Positions 1 to 17,486 of a stretch of DNA of 64,000 bases are shown piece by piece. Under the pieces are notes generated by a model that did not search any database, had not been told where the DNA came from, and saw only the letters and a list, made by a program, of their open reading frames with translations. The first letter of the stretch is position 1. Each line of letters begins with the position of its first letter. This DNA is from the human T2T-CHM13v2.0 reference genome, Homo sapiens. A program made the translations under genes and the position numbers. The stretch lies in the NCBI RefSeq assembly GCF_009914755.1, contig NC_060948.1, one strand, 5' to 3'.

Positions 1-271
1 TAATATATAAAAATTATAATATGTACTACAAATATATATATTATATATCATATATGATATAGTACCTTTGTTATATATCATAATACATATAAATGTGTAT
101 TATGTTATCTATAATTATATAATTTCATATATAAGATGTATAATATGTATCATATATTATATATGTTATGTAATATATATAGTATATATAAGATGACACA
201 GGATAAATATTATATACTATGACATATAAAATAGATGAGGTCATATGTTACATATAAGGCATAGCACATAA

Positions 272-586
<315 letters not shown>

Positions 587-1154
587 AGATCCATACTTTT
601 TAAATGAAAAAAAATTTCAAAGGTACTCTGCTTGGTACAATAATCAAATGTATAAACTGAGGAATAAAACATAACCATGAAACCTACTTATAACTGCATA
701 TGGAAAATACAGAGGATAATTTTTTAAATAACATATTTTGAAAGCCTTAACTAGTAATTTGAAGAGTTGGCATTTGAAAGGCCAGTATGAATATACCTTC
801 AAAGCAGCAACACAGGTTCCCCACGAGAAAAAGCAAACTCAGGGAAAATAAAAACACAAAGGTTCAATCTCTTCTGACCTTTGAAAGACACAGCACAGAC
901 AGTGGTCCTTAGGACGAAGAGCAGGAGACCCCTAATTCCGTCACCATGGCGATAGGGCATAAACATTGCTGGGTGAGGGCACAATCCACATTGTGAGGTC
1001 CAACTGCTGCCAGGAAGACAGGAGTGCTTTTACATAGACCGAAAGGTCATTGAAGGCTCAGAGTTTTGTTTCAAGAACTGAATCCCAAGCCCACACGTTA
1101 TTAGGCTGCGCTTCTTAAAACAAGTTATGAGATGGGAAAAAGGGCACCCACAAA
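587..1154. repeat. HSATI-like segment of unit 1 (repeated immediately after every Alu)
   Basis: A complex, non-simple ~570 bp block lies between the Alu 5' end and the AT-rich domain. Its size and position fit the HSATI component of DYZ2. Boundaries are approximate. Confidence 0.8.
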
Positions 1155-2707
1155 CATACGTATACATTATGTATATAATAATATACAGTATCATATATAT
1201 AATATATATAACCTATGTATAATATTGTTTTACATCCTGCATCTTATGTTATATATATTGTATAAAATATAATAATTGATAATATATAAGTTTTATAATT
1301 ATACAATATGACATATAGTATATATTATAATTTATGACATATATAATATATGTTATATATCATATATAGAATATATTATACGGTTAATATACGTATTAAA
1401 TATAAATTATACATTATATATATTATATATAATATATCTGTTATATATAATACCCATTATGCATAATATATATATTATGTCTATGTTATATATAGTATAA
1501 AACAACATATAATAATATATAATTGTATATATAAAATGCGACATATAATATATATTATATTTTATAACATATGTAATATATATTATATATAATACGTTGT
1601 ATGTATAATACCTATATTAAATATATATTATATGACTATGTTATTAATTACATGTCACATGTGTTATATATTATATATTTTACATAGAATATACCGGTTA
1701 CATACAATATATACTATGTTACCTATAATGTATAATTTATTATATGTAAAATAAAGAATGCAATATATTATATAAAATTTATATCATACAATATGTGGAA
1801 TGTGATGTATATAACATATAATATATGATATATGATATACAGTATATGATATATAACATACAATATATGATTCCTAATATATATGGTATACAATATATAT
1901 TTTATGATATGTATTCTATATGTTTTATATTCTGTTATATATAACTATTTGAAATTATATATAACTGTATAATATTTTATGTAAATATGTAATATAATAT
2001 ATATAACTATATAATATATTATATATAACTATATATTATGTTATATATACTTTTATAACATAATTTACATAAAATATCATAATATAATATATATTATATT
2101 ATTTCATATTACATAATATATATTACATATCACCCAATATAACTAACATACATAATATTATAATATAGATTATATTGTGTAATATTAAATATCATATATA
2201 TCATGTATCATATATTCTATAATATATATTACACATTATATAATATGTATGTTGTCTATTATGTGATATATATAACTATATATATAATTATATTTTTATA
2301 CATATAACTAGATAAACATGTAATCCTACATATTTTCATTTATAATATGTAGAATTATATAATCATATATAATTATTTATATTGTATAAAAAATTTTATC
2401 ATTATATAAATTATAATATATAAAAATTATAATAGGTACTACAAATATATATATTATATATCATATATGATATAGTACCTTTGTTATATATCATAATACA
2501 TATAAATGTGTATTATGTTATCTATAATTATATAATTTCATATATAAGATGTATAATATGTATCATATATTATATATGTTATGTAATATATATAGTATAT
2601 ATAAGATGACACAGGATAAATATTATATACTATGACATATAAAATATATGAGGTTATATGTTACATATAAGGCATAGCACATAACATGTAATATATATCA
2701 TATATAA
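1155..2707. repeat. AT-rich degenerate (TA)n low-complexity domain of unit 1 (repeated in every unit)
   Basis: About 1.55 kb built from TATA/TATAT/TATGATA motifs with very few G/C. The exact sequence is conserved between units. Confidence 0.92.
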
Positions 2708-2999
2708 TTTTTTTTTAGACAGAATCTTGTCCTGTTGCACAGGGTGGGGTACAATGGCGCCATCTTTGCTCACTGCAACTTCTGCCTCACGGGACCAAGC
2801 GATTGTCCTCCCTCAGCCTCCCAGGTAGCTGGGACTACACCTCACTGGGACTACACCAGCTGCCACCATGCCTAGCTAATTTTTTGGATTTTTAGTAGTG
2901 ACAGCCTTTCACTGTATTGGCCAGGATGGTCTTGATCTCTTCACCTTGTGATCCCCTTGCCTTGGCCTCCAAATTTGCTGGGATTACAGGCCTGAGCCA
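2708..2999 (-). mobile_element. Alu, U2
   Basis: Copy of the U1 Alu. Confidence 0.95.
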
Positions 3000-5120
3000 A
3001 GATCCATATTTTTTAAATGAAAAAAAATTTCAAAGGTACTCTGCTTGGTACAATAATCAAATGTATAAACTGAGGAATAAAACATAACCATGAAACCTAC
3101 TTATAACTGCATATGGAAAATACAGAGGATAATTTTTTAAATAACATATTTTGAAAGCCTTAACTAGTAATTTGAAGAGTTGGCATTTGAAAGGCCAGTA
3201 TGAATATACCTTCAAAGCAGCAACACAGGTTCCCCATGAGAAAAAGCAAACACAGGGAAAATAAAAACACAAAGGTTCAATCTCTTCTGACCTTTGAAAG
3301 ACACAGCACAGACAGTGGTCCTTAGGACGAAGAGCAGGAGACCCCTAATTCCGTCACCATGGCGATAGGGCATAAACATTGCTGGGTGAGGGCACAATCC
3401 ACATTGTGAGGTCCAACTGCTGCCAGGAAGACAGGAGTGCTTTTACATAGACCGAAAGGTCATTGAAGGCTCAGAGTTTTGTTTCAAGAACTGAATCCCA
3501 AGCCCACACGTTATTAGGCTGCGCTTCTTAAAACAAGTTATGAGATGGGAAAAAGGGCACCCACAAACATACGTATACATTATGTATATAATAATATACA
3601 GTGTCATATATATAATATATATAACCCATGTATAATATTGTTTTACATCCTGCATCTTATGTTATTTATATTGTATAAAATATAATAATTGATAATATAT
3701 AAGTTTTATAATTATACAATATGACATATAGTATATATTATAATTTATGACATATATAATATATGTTATATATCATATATAGAATATATTATACGGTTAA
3801 TATATGTATTAAATATATATTATACATTATATATATTATATATAATATATCTGTTATATATAATACCCATTATGCATAATATATATATTATGTCTATGTT
3901 ATATATAGTATAAAACAACATATAATAATATATAATTGTATATATAAAATGCGACATATAATATATATTATATTTTATAACATATGCAATATATATTATA
4001 TATAATACGTTGTATGTATAATACCTATATTAAATATATATTATATGACTATGTTATTAATTATATGTCACATGTGTTATATATAATATATTTTACATAG
4101 AATATACCGGTTACATACAATATATACTATGTTACCTATAATGTATAATTTATTACATGTAAAATAAAGAATGCAATATATTATGTAAAATTTATAACAT
4201 ACAATATGTGGAATGTGATATATATAACATATAATATATGATATATGATATACAATATATGATATATAACATACAATATATGATTCCTAATATATATGGT
4301 ATACAATATATATTTTATGATATGTATTCTCTATGTTTTATATTCTGTTATATATAACTATTTGAAATTATATATAACTGTATAATATTTTATTTAAATA
4401 TGTAATATAATATATATAACTATATAATATATTATATATAACTATATATTATGTTATATATACTTTTATAACATAATTTACATAAAATATCATAATATAA
4501 TATATATTATATTATTTCATATTACATAATATATATTACATATCACCCAATATAACTAACATACATAATATTATAATATAGATTATATTGTGTTATATTA
4601 AATATCATATATATCATGTATCATATATTCTATAATATATATTACACATTATATAATATGTATGTTGTCTATTATGTGATATATATAACTATATATATAA
4701 TTATATTTTTATACATATAACTAGATAAACATGTAATTCTACATATTTTCATTTATAATATGTAGAATTATATAATCATATATAATTATTTATATTGTAT
4801 AAAAAATTTTATTATTATATAAATTATAATATATAAAAATTATAATATGTACTACAAATATATATATTATATATCATATATGATATAGTACCTTTGTTAT
4901 ATATCATAATACATATAAATGTGTATTATGTTATCTATAATTATATAATTTCATATATAAGATGTATAATATGTATCATATATTATATATGTTATGTAAT
5001 ATATATAGTATATATAAGATGACACAGGATAAATATTATATACTATGACATATAAAATATATGAGGTTATATGTTACATATAAGGCATAGCACATAACAT
5101 GTAATATATATCATATATAA

Positions 5121-5412
5121 TTTTTTTTTAGACAGAATCTTGTCCTGTTGCACAGGGTGGGGTACAATGGCGCCATCTTTGCTCACTGCAACTTCTGCCT
5201 CACGGGACCAAGCGATTGTCCTCCCTCAGCCTCCCAGGTAGCTGGGACTACACCTCACTGGGACTACACCAGCTGCCACCATGCCTAGCTAATTTTTTGG
5301 ATTTTTAGTAGTGACAGCCTTTCACTGTATTGGCCAGGATGGTCTTGATCTCTTCACCTTGTGATCCCCTTGCCTTGGCCTCCAAATTTGCTGGGATTAC
5401 AGGCCTGAGCCA
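5121..5412 (-). mobile_element. Alu, U3
   Basis: Copy of the U1 Alu. Confidence 0.95.
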
Positions 5413-7533
5413 AGATCCATATTTTTTAAATGAAAAAAAATTTCAAAGGTACTCTGCTTGGTACAATAATCAAATGTATAAACTGAGGAATAAAACATAA
5501 CCATGAAACCTACTTATAACTGCATATGGAAAATACAGAGGATAATTTTTTAAATAACATATTTTGAAAGCCTTAACTAGTAATTTGAAGAGTTGGCATT
5601 TGAAAGGCCAGTATGAATATACCTTCAAAGCAGCAACACAGGTTCCCCATGAGAAAAAGCAAACACAGGGAAAATAAAAACACAAAGGTTCAATCTCTTC
5701 TGACCTTTGAAAGACACAGCACAGACAGTGGTCCTTAGGACGAAGAGCAGGAGACCCCTAATTCCGTCACCATGGCGATAGGGCATAAACATTGCTGGGT
5801 GAGGGCACAATCCACATTGTGAGGTCCAACTGCTGCCAGGAAGACAGGAGTGCTTTTACATAGACCGAAAGGTCATTGAAGGCTCAGAGTTTTGTTTCAA
5901 GAACTGAATCCCAAGCCCACACGTTATTAGGCTGCGCTTCTTAAAACAAGTTATGAGATGGGAAAAAGGGCACCCACAAACATACGTATACATTATGTAT
6001 ATAATAATATACAGTGTCATATATATAATATATATAACCCATGTATAATATTGTTTTACATCCTGCATCTTATGTTATTTATATTGTATAAAATATAATA
6101 ATTGATAATATATAAGTTTTATAATTATACAATATGACATATAGTATATATTATAATTTATGACATATATAATATATGTTATATATCATATATAGAATAT
6201 ATTATACGGTTAATATACGTATTAAATATATATTATACATTATATATATTATATATAATATATCTGTTATATATAATACCCATTATGCATAATATATATA
6301 TTATGTCTATGTTATATATAGTATAAAACAACATATAATAATATATAATTGTATATATAAAATGCGACATATAATATATATTATATTTTATAACATATGC
6401 AATATATATTATATATAATACGTTGTATGTATAATACCTATATTAAATATATATTATATGACTATGTTATTAATTATATGTCACATGTGTTATATATAAT
6501 ATATTTTACATAGAATATACCGGTTACATACAATATATACTATGTTACCTATAATGTATAATTTATTACATGTAAAATAAAGAATGCAATATATTATGTA
6601 AAATTTATAACATACAATATGTGGAATGTGATATATATAGCATATAATATATGATATATGATATACAATATATGATATATAACATACAATATATGATTCC
6701 TAATATATATGGTATACAATATATATTTTATGATATGTATTCTCTATGTTTTATATTCTGTTATATATAACTATTTGAAATTATATATAACTGTATAATA
6801 TTTTATTTAAATATGTAATATAATATATATAACTATATAATATATTATATATAACTATATATTATGTTATATATACTTTTATAACATAATTTACATAAAA
6901 TATCATAATATAATATATATTATATTATTTCATATTACATAATATATATTACATATCACCCAATATAACTAACATACATAATATTATAATATAGATTATA
7001 TTGTGTTATATTAAATATCATATATATCATGTATCATATATTCTATAATATATATTACACATTATATAATATGTATGTTGTCTATTATGTGATATATATA
7101 ACTATATATATAATTATATTTTTATACATATAACTAGATAAACATGTAATTCTACATATTTTCATTTATAATATGTAGAATTATATAATCATATATAATT
7201 ATTTATATTGTATAAAAAATTTTATTATTATATAAATTATAATATATAAAAATTATAATATGTACTACAAATATATATATTATATATCATATATGATATA
7301 GTACCTTTGTTATATATCATAATACATATAAATGTGTATTATGTTATCTATAATTATATAATTTCATATATAAGATGTATAATATGTATCATATATTATA
7401 TATGTTATGTAATATATATAGTATATATAAGATGACACAGGATAAATATTATATACTATGACATATAAAATATATGAGGTTATATGTTACATATAAGGCA
7501 TAGCACATAACATGTAATATATATCATATATAA

Positions 7534-7825
7534 TTTTTTTTTAGACAGAATCTTGTCCTGTTGCACAGGGTGGGGTACAATGGCGCCATCTTTGCTCACT
7601 GCAGCTTCTGCCTCACGGGTCCAAGCGATTGTCCCTCCTCAGCCTCCCAGGTAGCTGGGACTACACCACACTGGGACTACACCAGCTGCCACCATGCCTA
7701 GCTAATTTTTTGGATTTTTAGTAGTGACAGCGTTTCACTGTATTGGCCAGGATGTTCTTGATCTCTTCACCTTGTGATCCCCTTGCCTTGGCCTCCAAAT
7801 TTGCTGGGATTACAGGCCTGAGCCA
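7534..7825 (-). mobile_element. Alu, U4
   Basis: Copy of the U1 Alu. Confidence 0.95.
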
Positions 7826-9923
7826 AGATCCATATTTTTTAAATGAAAAAAAATTTCAAAGGTACTCTGCTTGGTACAATAATCAAATGTATAAACTGAG
7901 GAATAAAACATAACCATGAAACCTACTTATAACTGCATATGGAAAATACAGAGGATAATTTTTTAAATAACATATTTTGAAAGCCTTAACTAGTAATTTG
8001 AAGAGTTGGCATTTGAAAGGCCAGTATGAATATACCTTCAAAGCAGCAACACAGGTTCCCCATGAGAAAAAGCAAACACAGGGAAAATAAAAACACAAAG
8101 GTTCAATCTCTTCTGACCTTTGAAAGACACAGCACAGACAGTGGTCCTTAGGACGAAGAGCAGGAGACCCCTAATTCCGTCACCATGGCGATAGGGCATA
8201 AACATTGCTGGGTGAGGGCACAATCCACATTGTGAGGTCCAACTGCTGCCAGGAAGACAGGAGTGCTTTTACATAGACCGAAAGGTCATTGAAGGCTCAG
8301 AGTTTTGTTTCAAGAACTGAATCCCAAGCCCACACGTTATTAGGCTGCGCTTCTTAAAACAAGTTATGAGATGGGAAAAAGGGCACCCAAAAACATACGT
8401 ATACATTATGTATATAATAATATACAGTATCATATATATAATATATATAACCTATGTATAATATTGTTTTACATCCTGCATCTTATGTTATATATATTGT
8501 ATAAAATATAATAATTGATAATATATAAGTTTTATAATTATACAATATGACATATAGTATATATTATAATTTATGACATATATAATATATGTTATATATC
8601 ATATATAGAATATATTATACGGTTAATATACGTATTAAATATAAATTACACATTATATATATTATATATAATATATCTGTTATATATAATACACATTATG
8701 TATAATATATATATTATGTCTATGTTATATATAGTATAAAACAACATATAATAATATATAATTGTATATATAAAATGCGACATATAATATATATTATATT
8801 TTATAACATATGCAATATATATTATATATAATACGTTGTATGTATAATACCTATATTAAATATATATTATATGACTATGTTATTAATTATATGTCACATG
8901 TGTTATATATAATATATTTTACATAGAATATACCGGTTACATACAATATATACTATGTTACCTATAATGTATAATTTATTACATGTAAAATAAAGAATGC
9001 AATATATTATGTAAAATTTATAACATACAATATGTGGAATGTGATATATATAACATATAATATATGATATATGATATACAATATATGATATATAACATAC
9101 AATATATGATTCCTAATATATATGGTATACAATATATATTTTATGATATGTATTCTCTATGTTTTATATTCTGTTATATATAACTATTTGAAATTATATA
9201 TAACTGTATAATATTTTATGTAAATATGTAATATAATATATATAACTATATAATATATTATATATAACTATATATTATGTTATATATACTTTTATAACAT
9301 AATTTACATAAAATATCATAATATAATATATATTATATTATTTCATATTACATAATATATATTACATATCACCCAATATAACTAACATACATAATATTAT
9401 AATATAGATTATATTGTGTTATATTAAATATCATATATATCATGTATCATATATTCTATAATATATATTACACATTATATAATATGTATGTTGTCTATTA
9501 TGTGATATATATAACTATATATATAATTATATTTTTATACATATAACTAGATAAACATGTAATTCTACATATTTTCATTTATAATATGTAGAATTATATA
9601 ATCATATATAATTATTTATATTCTATAAAAAATTTTATCATTATATAAATTATAATGTATAAAAATTATCATATGTACTACAAATATATATATTGTATAT
9701 CATATATGATATAGTATCTTTGTTATATATCATAATACATATAAATGTGTATTATGTTATCTATAATTATATAATTTCATATATAAGATGTATAATATGT
9801 ATCATATATTATATATGTTATGTAATATATATAGTATATATAAGATGACACAGGATAAATATTATATACTATGACATATAAAATATATGAGGTTATATGT
9901 TACATATAAGGCATAGCACATAA

Positions 9924-10238
<315 letters not shown>

Positions 10239-12336
10239 AGATCCATATTTTTTAAATGAAAAAAAATTTCAAAGGTACTCTGCTTGGTACAATAATCAAA
10301 TGTATAAACTGAGGAATAAAACATAACCATGAAACCTACTTATAACTGCATATGGAAAATACAGAGGATAATTTTTTAAATAACATATTTTGAAAGCCTT
10401 AACTAGTAATTTGAAGAGTTGGCATTTGAAAGGCCAGTATGAATATACCTTCAAAGCAGCAACACAGGTTCCCCATGAGAAAAAGCAAACACAGGGAAAA
10501 TAAAAACACAAAGGTTCAATCTCTTCTGACCTTTGAAAGACACAGCACAGACAGTGGTCCTTAGGACGAAGAGCAGGAGACCCCTAATTCCGTCACCATG
10601 GCGATAGGGCATAAACATTGCTGGGTGAGGGGACAATCCACATTGTGAGGTCCAACTGCTGCCAGGAAGACAGGAGTGCTTTTACATAGACCGAAAGGTC
10701 ATTGAAGGCTCAGAGTTTTGTTTCAAGAACTGAATCCCAAGCCCACACGTTATTAGGCTGCGCTTCTTAAAACAAGTTATGAGATGGGAAAAAGGGCACC
10801 CACAAACATACGTATACATTATGTATATAATAATATACAGTGTCATATATATAATATATATAACCTATGTATAATATTGTTTTACATCCTGCATCTTATG
10901 TTATTTATATTGTATAAAATATAATAATTGATAATATATAAGTTTTATAATTATACAATATGACATATAGTATATATTATAATTTATGACATATATAATA
11001 TATGTTATATATCATATATCGAGTATATTATAAGGTTAATATACGTATTAAATATAAATTATACATTATATATATTATATATAATATATCTGTTATATAT
11101 AATACCCATTATGCATAATATATATATTATGTCTATATTATATATAGTATAAAACAACATATAATAATATATAATTGTATATATAAAATGCGACATATAA
11201 TATATATTATATTTTATAACATATGTAATATATATTATATATAATACGTTGTATGTATAATACCTATATTAAATATATATTATATGACTATGTTATTAAT
11301 TACATGTCACATGTGTTATATATTATATATTTTACATAGAATATACCGGTTACATACAATATATACTATGTTACCTATAATGTATAATTTATTACATGTA
11401 AAATAAATAATGCAATATATTATGTAAAATTTATATCATACAATATGTGGAATGTGATGTATATAACATATAATATATGATATATGATATACAGTATATG
11501 ATATATAACATACAATATATGATTCCTAATATATATGGTATACAATATATATTTTATGATATGTATTCTATATGTTTTATATTCTGTTATATATAACTAT
11601 TTGAAATTATATATAACTGTATAATATTTTATGTAAATATGTAATATAATATATATAACTATATAATATATTATATATAACTATATATTATGTTATATAT
11701 ACTTTTATAACATAATTTACATAAAATATCATAATATAATATATATTATATTATTTCATATTACATAATATATATTACATATCACCCAATATAACTAACA
11801 TACATAATATTATAATATAGATTATATTGTGTAATATTAAATATCATATATATCATGTATCATATATTCTATAATATATATTACACATTATATAATATGT
11901 ATGTTGTCTATTATGTGATATATATAACTATATATATAATTATATTTTTATACATATAACTAGATAAACATGTAATTCTACATATTTTCATTTATAATAT
12001 GTAGAATTATATAATCATATATAATTATTTATATTGTATAAAAAATTTTATCATTATATAAATTATAATATATAAAAATTATAATAGGTACTACAAATAT
12101 ATATATTATATATCATATATGATATAGTACCTTTGTTATATATCATAATACATATAAATGTGTATTATGTTATCTATAATTATATAATTTCATATATAAG
12201 ATGTATAATATGTATCATATATTATATATGTTATGTAATATATATAGTATATATAAGATGACACAGGATAAATATTATATACTATGACATATAAAATATA
12301 TGAGGTTATATGTTACATATAAGGCATAGCACATAA

Positions 12337-12651
<315 letters not shown>

Positions 12652-14758
12652 AGATCCATATTTTTTAAATGAAAAAAAATTTCAAAGGTACTCTGCTTGG
12701 TACAATAATCAAATGTATAAACTGAGGAATAAAACATAACCATGAAACCTACTTATAACTGCATATGGAAAATACAGAGGATAATTTTTTAAATAACATA
12801 TTTTGAAAGCCTTAACTAGTAATTTGAAGAGTTGGCATTTGAAAGGCCAGTATGAATATACCTTCAAAGCAGCAACACAGGTTCCCCATGAGAAAAAGCA
12901 AACACAGGGAAAATAAAAACACAAAGGTTCAATCTCTTCTGACCTTTGAAAGACACAGCACAGACAGTGGTCCTTAGGACGAAGAGCAGGAGACCCCTAA
13001 TTCCGTCACCATGGCGATAGGGCATAAACATTGCTGGGTGAGGGCACAATCCACATTGTGAGGTCCAACTGCTGCCAGGAAGACAGGAGTGCTTTTACAT
13101 AGACCGAAAGGTCATTGAAGGCTCAGAGTTTTGTTTCAAGAACTGAATCCCAAGCCCACACGTTATTAGGCTGCGCTTCTTAAAACAAGTTATGAGATGG
13201 GAAAAAGGGCACCCACAAACATACGTATACATTATGTATATAATAATATACAGTGTCATATATATAATATATATAACCTATGTATAATATTGTTTTACAT
13301 CCTGCATCTTATGTTATTTATATTGTATAAAATATAATAATTGATAATATATAAATTTTATAATTATACAATATGACATATAGTATATATTATAATTTAT
13401 GACATATATAATATATGTTATATATCATATATCGAATATATTATACGGTTAATATACGTATTAAATATATATTATACATTATATATATTATATATAATAT
13501 ATCTGTTATATATAATACCCATTATGCATAATATATATATTATGTCTATGTTATATATAGTATAAAACAACATATAATAATATATAATTGTATATATAAA
13601 ATGCGACATATAATATATATTATATTTTATAATATATGTAATATATATTATATATTATATATAATACGTTGTATGTATAATACCTATATTAAATATATAT
13701 TATATGACTATGTTATTAATTACATGTCACATGTGATATATATTATATATTTTACATAGAATATACCGGTTACATACAATATATACTATGTTACCTATAA
13801 TGTATAATTTATTACATGTAAAATAAAGAATGCAATATATTATGTAAAATTTATAACATACAATATGTGGAATGTGATATATATAACATATAATATATGA
13901 TATATGATATACAGTATATGATATATAACATACAATATATGATTCCTATTATATATGGTATACAATATATATTTTATGATATGTATTCTATATGTTTTAT
14001 ATTCTGTTATATATAACTATTTGAAATTATATATAACTGTATAATATTTTATGTAAATATGTAATATAATATATATAACTATATAATATATTATATATAA
14101 CTATATATTATGTTATATATACTTTTATAACATAATTTACATAAAATATCATAATATAATATATATTATATTATTTCATATTACATAATATATATTACAT
14201 ATCACCCAATATATCTAACATACATAATATTATAATATAGATTATATTATGTTATATTAAATATCATATATATCATGTATCATATATTCTATAATATATA
14301 TTATACATTATATAATATGTATGTTGTCTATTATGTGATATATATAACTATATATATAATTATATTTTTATACATATAACTAGATAAACATGTAATCCTA
14401 CATATTTTCATTTATAATATGTAGAATTATATAATCATATGTAATTATTTATATTCTATAAAAAATTTTATCATTATATAAATTATAATATATAAAAATT
14501 ATAATATGTACTACAAATATATATATATTATATATCATATATGATATAGTACCTTTGTTATATATCATAATACATATAAATGTGTATTATGTTATCTATA
14601 ATTATATAATTTCATATATAAGATGTATAATATGTATCATATATTATATATGTTATGTAATATATATAGTATATATAAGATGACACAGGATAAATATTAT
14701 ATACTATGACATATAAAATATATGAGGTTATATGTTACATATAAGGCATAGCACATAA

Positions 14759-15073
<315 letters not shown>

Positions 15074-17171
15074 AGATCCATACTTTTTAAATGAAAAAAA
15101 ATTTCAAAGGTACTCTGCTTGGTACAATAATCAAATGTATAAACTGAGGAATAAAACATAACCATGAAACCTACTTATAACTGCATATGGAAAATACAGA
15201 GGATAATTTTTTAAATAACATATTTTGAAAGCCTTAACTAGTAATTTGAAGAGTTGGCATTTGAAAGGCCAGTATGAATATACCTTCAAAGCAGCAACAC
15301 AGGTTCCCCATGAGAAAAAGCAAACTCAGGGAAAATAAAAACACAAAGGTTCAATCTCTTCTGACCTTTGAAAGACACAGCACAGACAGTGGTCCTTAGG
15401 ACGAAGAGCAGGAGACCCCTAATTCCGTCACCATGGCGATAGGGCATAAACATTGCTGGGTGAGGGCACAATCCACATTGTGAGGTCCAACTGCTGCCAG
15501 GAAGACAGGAGTGCTTTTACATAGACCGAAAGGTCATTGAAGGCTCAGAGTTTTGTTTCAAGAACTGAATCCCAAGCCCACACGTTATTAGGCTGCGCTT
15601 CTTAAAACAAGTTATGAGATGGGAAAAAGGGCACCCAAAAACATACGTATACATTATGTATATAATAATATACAGTATCATATATATAATATATATAACC
15701 TATGTATAATATTGTTTTACATCCTGCATCTTATGTTATATATATTGTATAAAATATAATAATTGATAATATATAAGTTTTATAATTATACAATATGACA
15801 TATAGTATATATTATAATTTATGACATATATAATATATGTTATATATCATATATAGAATATATTATACGGTTAATATACGTATTAAATATAAATTACACA
15901 TTATATATATTATATATAATATATCTGTTATATATAATACACATTATGTATAATATATATATTATGTCTATGTTATATATAGTATAAAACAACATATAAT
16001 AATATATAATTGTATATATAAAATGCGACATATAATATATATTATATTTTATAACATATGCAATATATATTATATATAATACGTTGTATGTATAATACCT
16101 ATATTAAATATATATTATATGACTATGTTATTAATTATATGTCACATGTGTTATATATAATATATTTTACATAGAATATACCGGTTACATACAATATATA
16201 CTATGTTACCTATAATGTATAATTTATTACATGTAAAATAAAGAATGCAATATATTATGTAAAATTTATAACATACAATATGTGGAATGTGATATATATA
16301 ACATATAATATATGATATATGATATACAATATATGATATATAACATACAATATATGATTCCTAATATATATGGTATACAATATATATTTTATGATATGTA
16401 TTCTCTATGTTTTATATTCTGTTATATATAACTATTTGAAATTATATATAACTGTATAATATTTTATGTAAATATGTAATATAATATATATAACTATATA
16501 ATATATTATATATAACTATATATTATGTTATATACACTTTTATAACATAATTTACATAAAATATCATAATATAATATATATTATATTATTTCATATTACA
16601 TAATATATATTACATATCACCCAATATAACTAACATACATAATATTATAATATAGATTATATTGTGTTATATTAAATATCATATATATCATGTATCATAT
16701 ATTCTATAATATATATTACACATTATATAATATGTATGTTGTCTATTATGTGATATATATAACTATATATATAATTATATTTTTATACATATAACTAGAT
16801 AAACATGTAATTCTACATATTTTCATTTATAATATGTAGAATTATATAATCATATATAATTATTTATATTCTATAAAAAATTTTATCATTATATAAATTA
16901 TAATGTATAAAAATTATCATATGTACTACAAATATATATATTGTATATCATATATGATATAGTATCTTTGTTATATATCATAATACATATAAATGTGTAT
17001 TATGTTATCTATAATTATATAATTTCATATATAAGATGTATAATATGTATCATATATTATATATGTTATGTAATATATATAGTATATATAAGATGACACA
17101 GGATAAATATTATATACTATGACATATAAAATATATGAGGTTATATGTTACATATAAGGCATAGCACATAA

Positions 17172-17486
<315 letters not shown>

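Noticed and set aside
663-852. AATAAA poly(A) signals and TATA-like motifs
   Set aside because: They are expected by chance in AT-rich DNA and have no associated transcript structure.
799-984. Repeated 61 aa minus-strand ORF (MCPHPAMF...)
   Set aside because: It has a non-ATG start, no recognisable domain and lies within satellite. Its apparent conservation is just unit identity, and it is broken by a stop in U14-U16.
3057-3272. Repeated 71 aa minus-strand ORF (MCFYFPCV...)
   Set aside because: It overlaps the other frame, its composition reflects AT bias, and it is lost in many units through single substitutions.
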